Shown in pieces: positions 26,267 through 26,656 of a stretch of DNA of 26,656 bases; position 1 is the stretch's first letter; every line of letters starts with the position of its first letter. The notes beneath the pieces were generated by a model, which was given only the letters and a program-made list of their open reading frames with translations, was not told where the DNA came from and made no database searches. The stretch is taken from assembly GCA_038217285.1 (NCBI GenBank), contig JBBQPO010000051.1, positions 1-26,656 of the forward strand, given 5' to 3'. The position numbers were made by a program, and so were the translations under genes. Source of the DNA: Chthonomonadales bacterium (GTDB lineage: Bacteria; Armatimonadota; Chthonomonadetes; Chthonomonadales; Chthonomonadaceae).

Positions 26267-26566
26267 GGCGTCGTTGCTTTCCTTATTCCGAGGGGAAGAG
26301 ATCTCGCAGGAATTTCGGGTTGTCGCTGCGAATTAGAGCGTAAGATACGCTGCCCCTAACATTCGCCGCCTGCGGTCTATTCCCCTGTCTGTACTTTGAT
26401 AGGCTGAAAATGTCGCGAGGAGCCCCTACAGGCAATCATGGATCTGGAGTGGCAGTGTGTTCCTACCGGAAGGAGTTGTGGAGGTATAATTTGAAATGGC
26501 ATACTCAAGGCTAGGAGCAAGAACCGTCTATCTGAGGTTCACCTTATGGGAGGGGCGATCAAAGGG

Positions 26567-26656
26567 ATGCTAAACGGTGTATCATTATTTAGTGGTTGTG
26601 GTGGCAGCGATTTGGGTGCCAAGCGGGCAGGTGTAGACATTATCTTTTCCAACGAT
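26567..26656 (+). CDS. DNA (cytosine-5) methyltransferase, 5' end (runs off window; not in ORF track)
   Basis: MLNGVSLFSGCGGSDLGAKRAGVDIIFSND contains motif I FxGxGG; AT-richer sequence; TATAAT at 26485-26490. Confidence 0.8.
   Translation, partial: MLNGVSLFSGCGGSDLGAKRAGVDIIFSND

Noticed and set aside
25184-26359. Long antisense ORFs (also 6176-7114, 13053-14060, 1870-2646)
   Set aside because: Shadow ORFs opposite well-supported genes, expected in high-GC DNA.

Overview
High-GC bacterial chromosomal window, probably from a diderm lineage (PEP-CTERM, LolA-like and beta-barrel-like genes; Armatimonadota is a tentative guess). Its core is an apparent replication-origin locus on the minus strand: dnaA - ~740 bp intergenic putative oriC - recF - dciA/DUF721 - comEC, with no dnaN. 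The putative oriC is the most unusual part. It lacks canonical TTATCCACA boxes but has six exact AGTTATTAACA copies, matched by substitutions in the DnaA domain IV recognition residues. It also carries 20 GANTC sites in 648 bp and nested 24-bp and 14-bp inverted repeats, suggesting a methylation-controlled origin with recoded DnaA-box specificity. The left end is a decayed defence/mobile patch: an ART-like protein plus a small partner, a truncated hsdR, and an IS1182-family element with CTAG flanks. The rest is sugar-acid and housekeeping metabolism (Gfo/Idh/MocA, Tat-UxuA, HpcH aldolase, HisJ, SerA, XylA), a PEP-CTERM gene with a sigma-54-type promoter, two amidohydrolase-fold genes lacking metal ligands, an ankyrin protein, and the start of a C5 DNA methyltransferase. 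All motif counts are manual.
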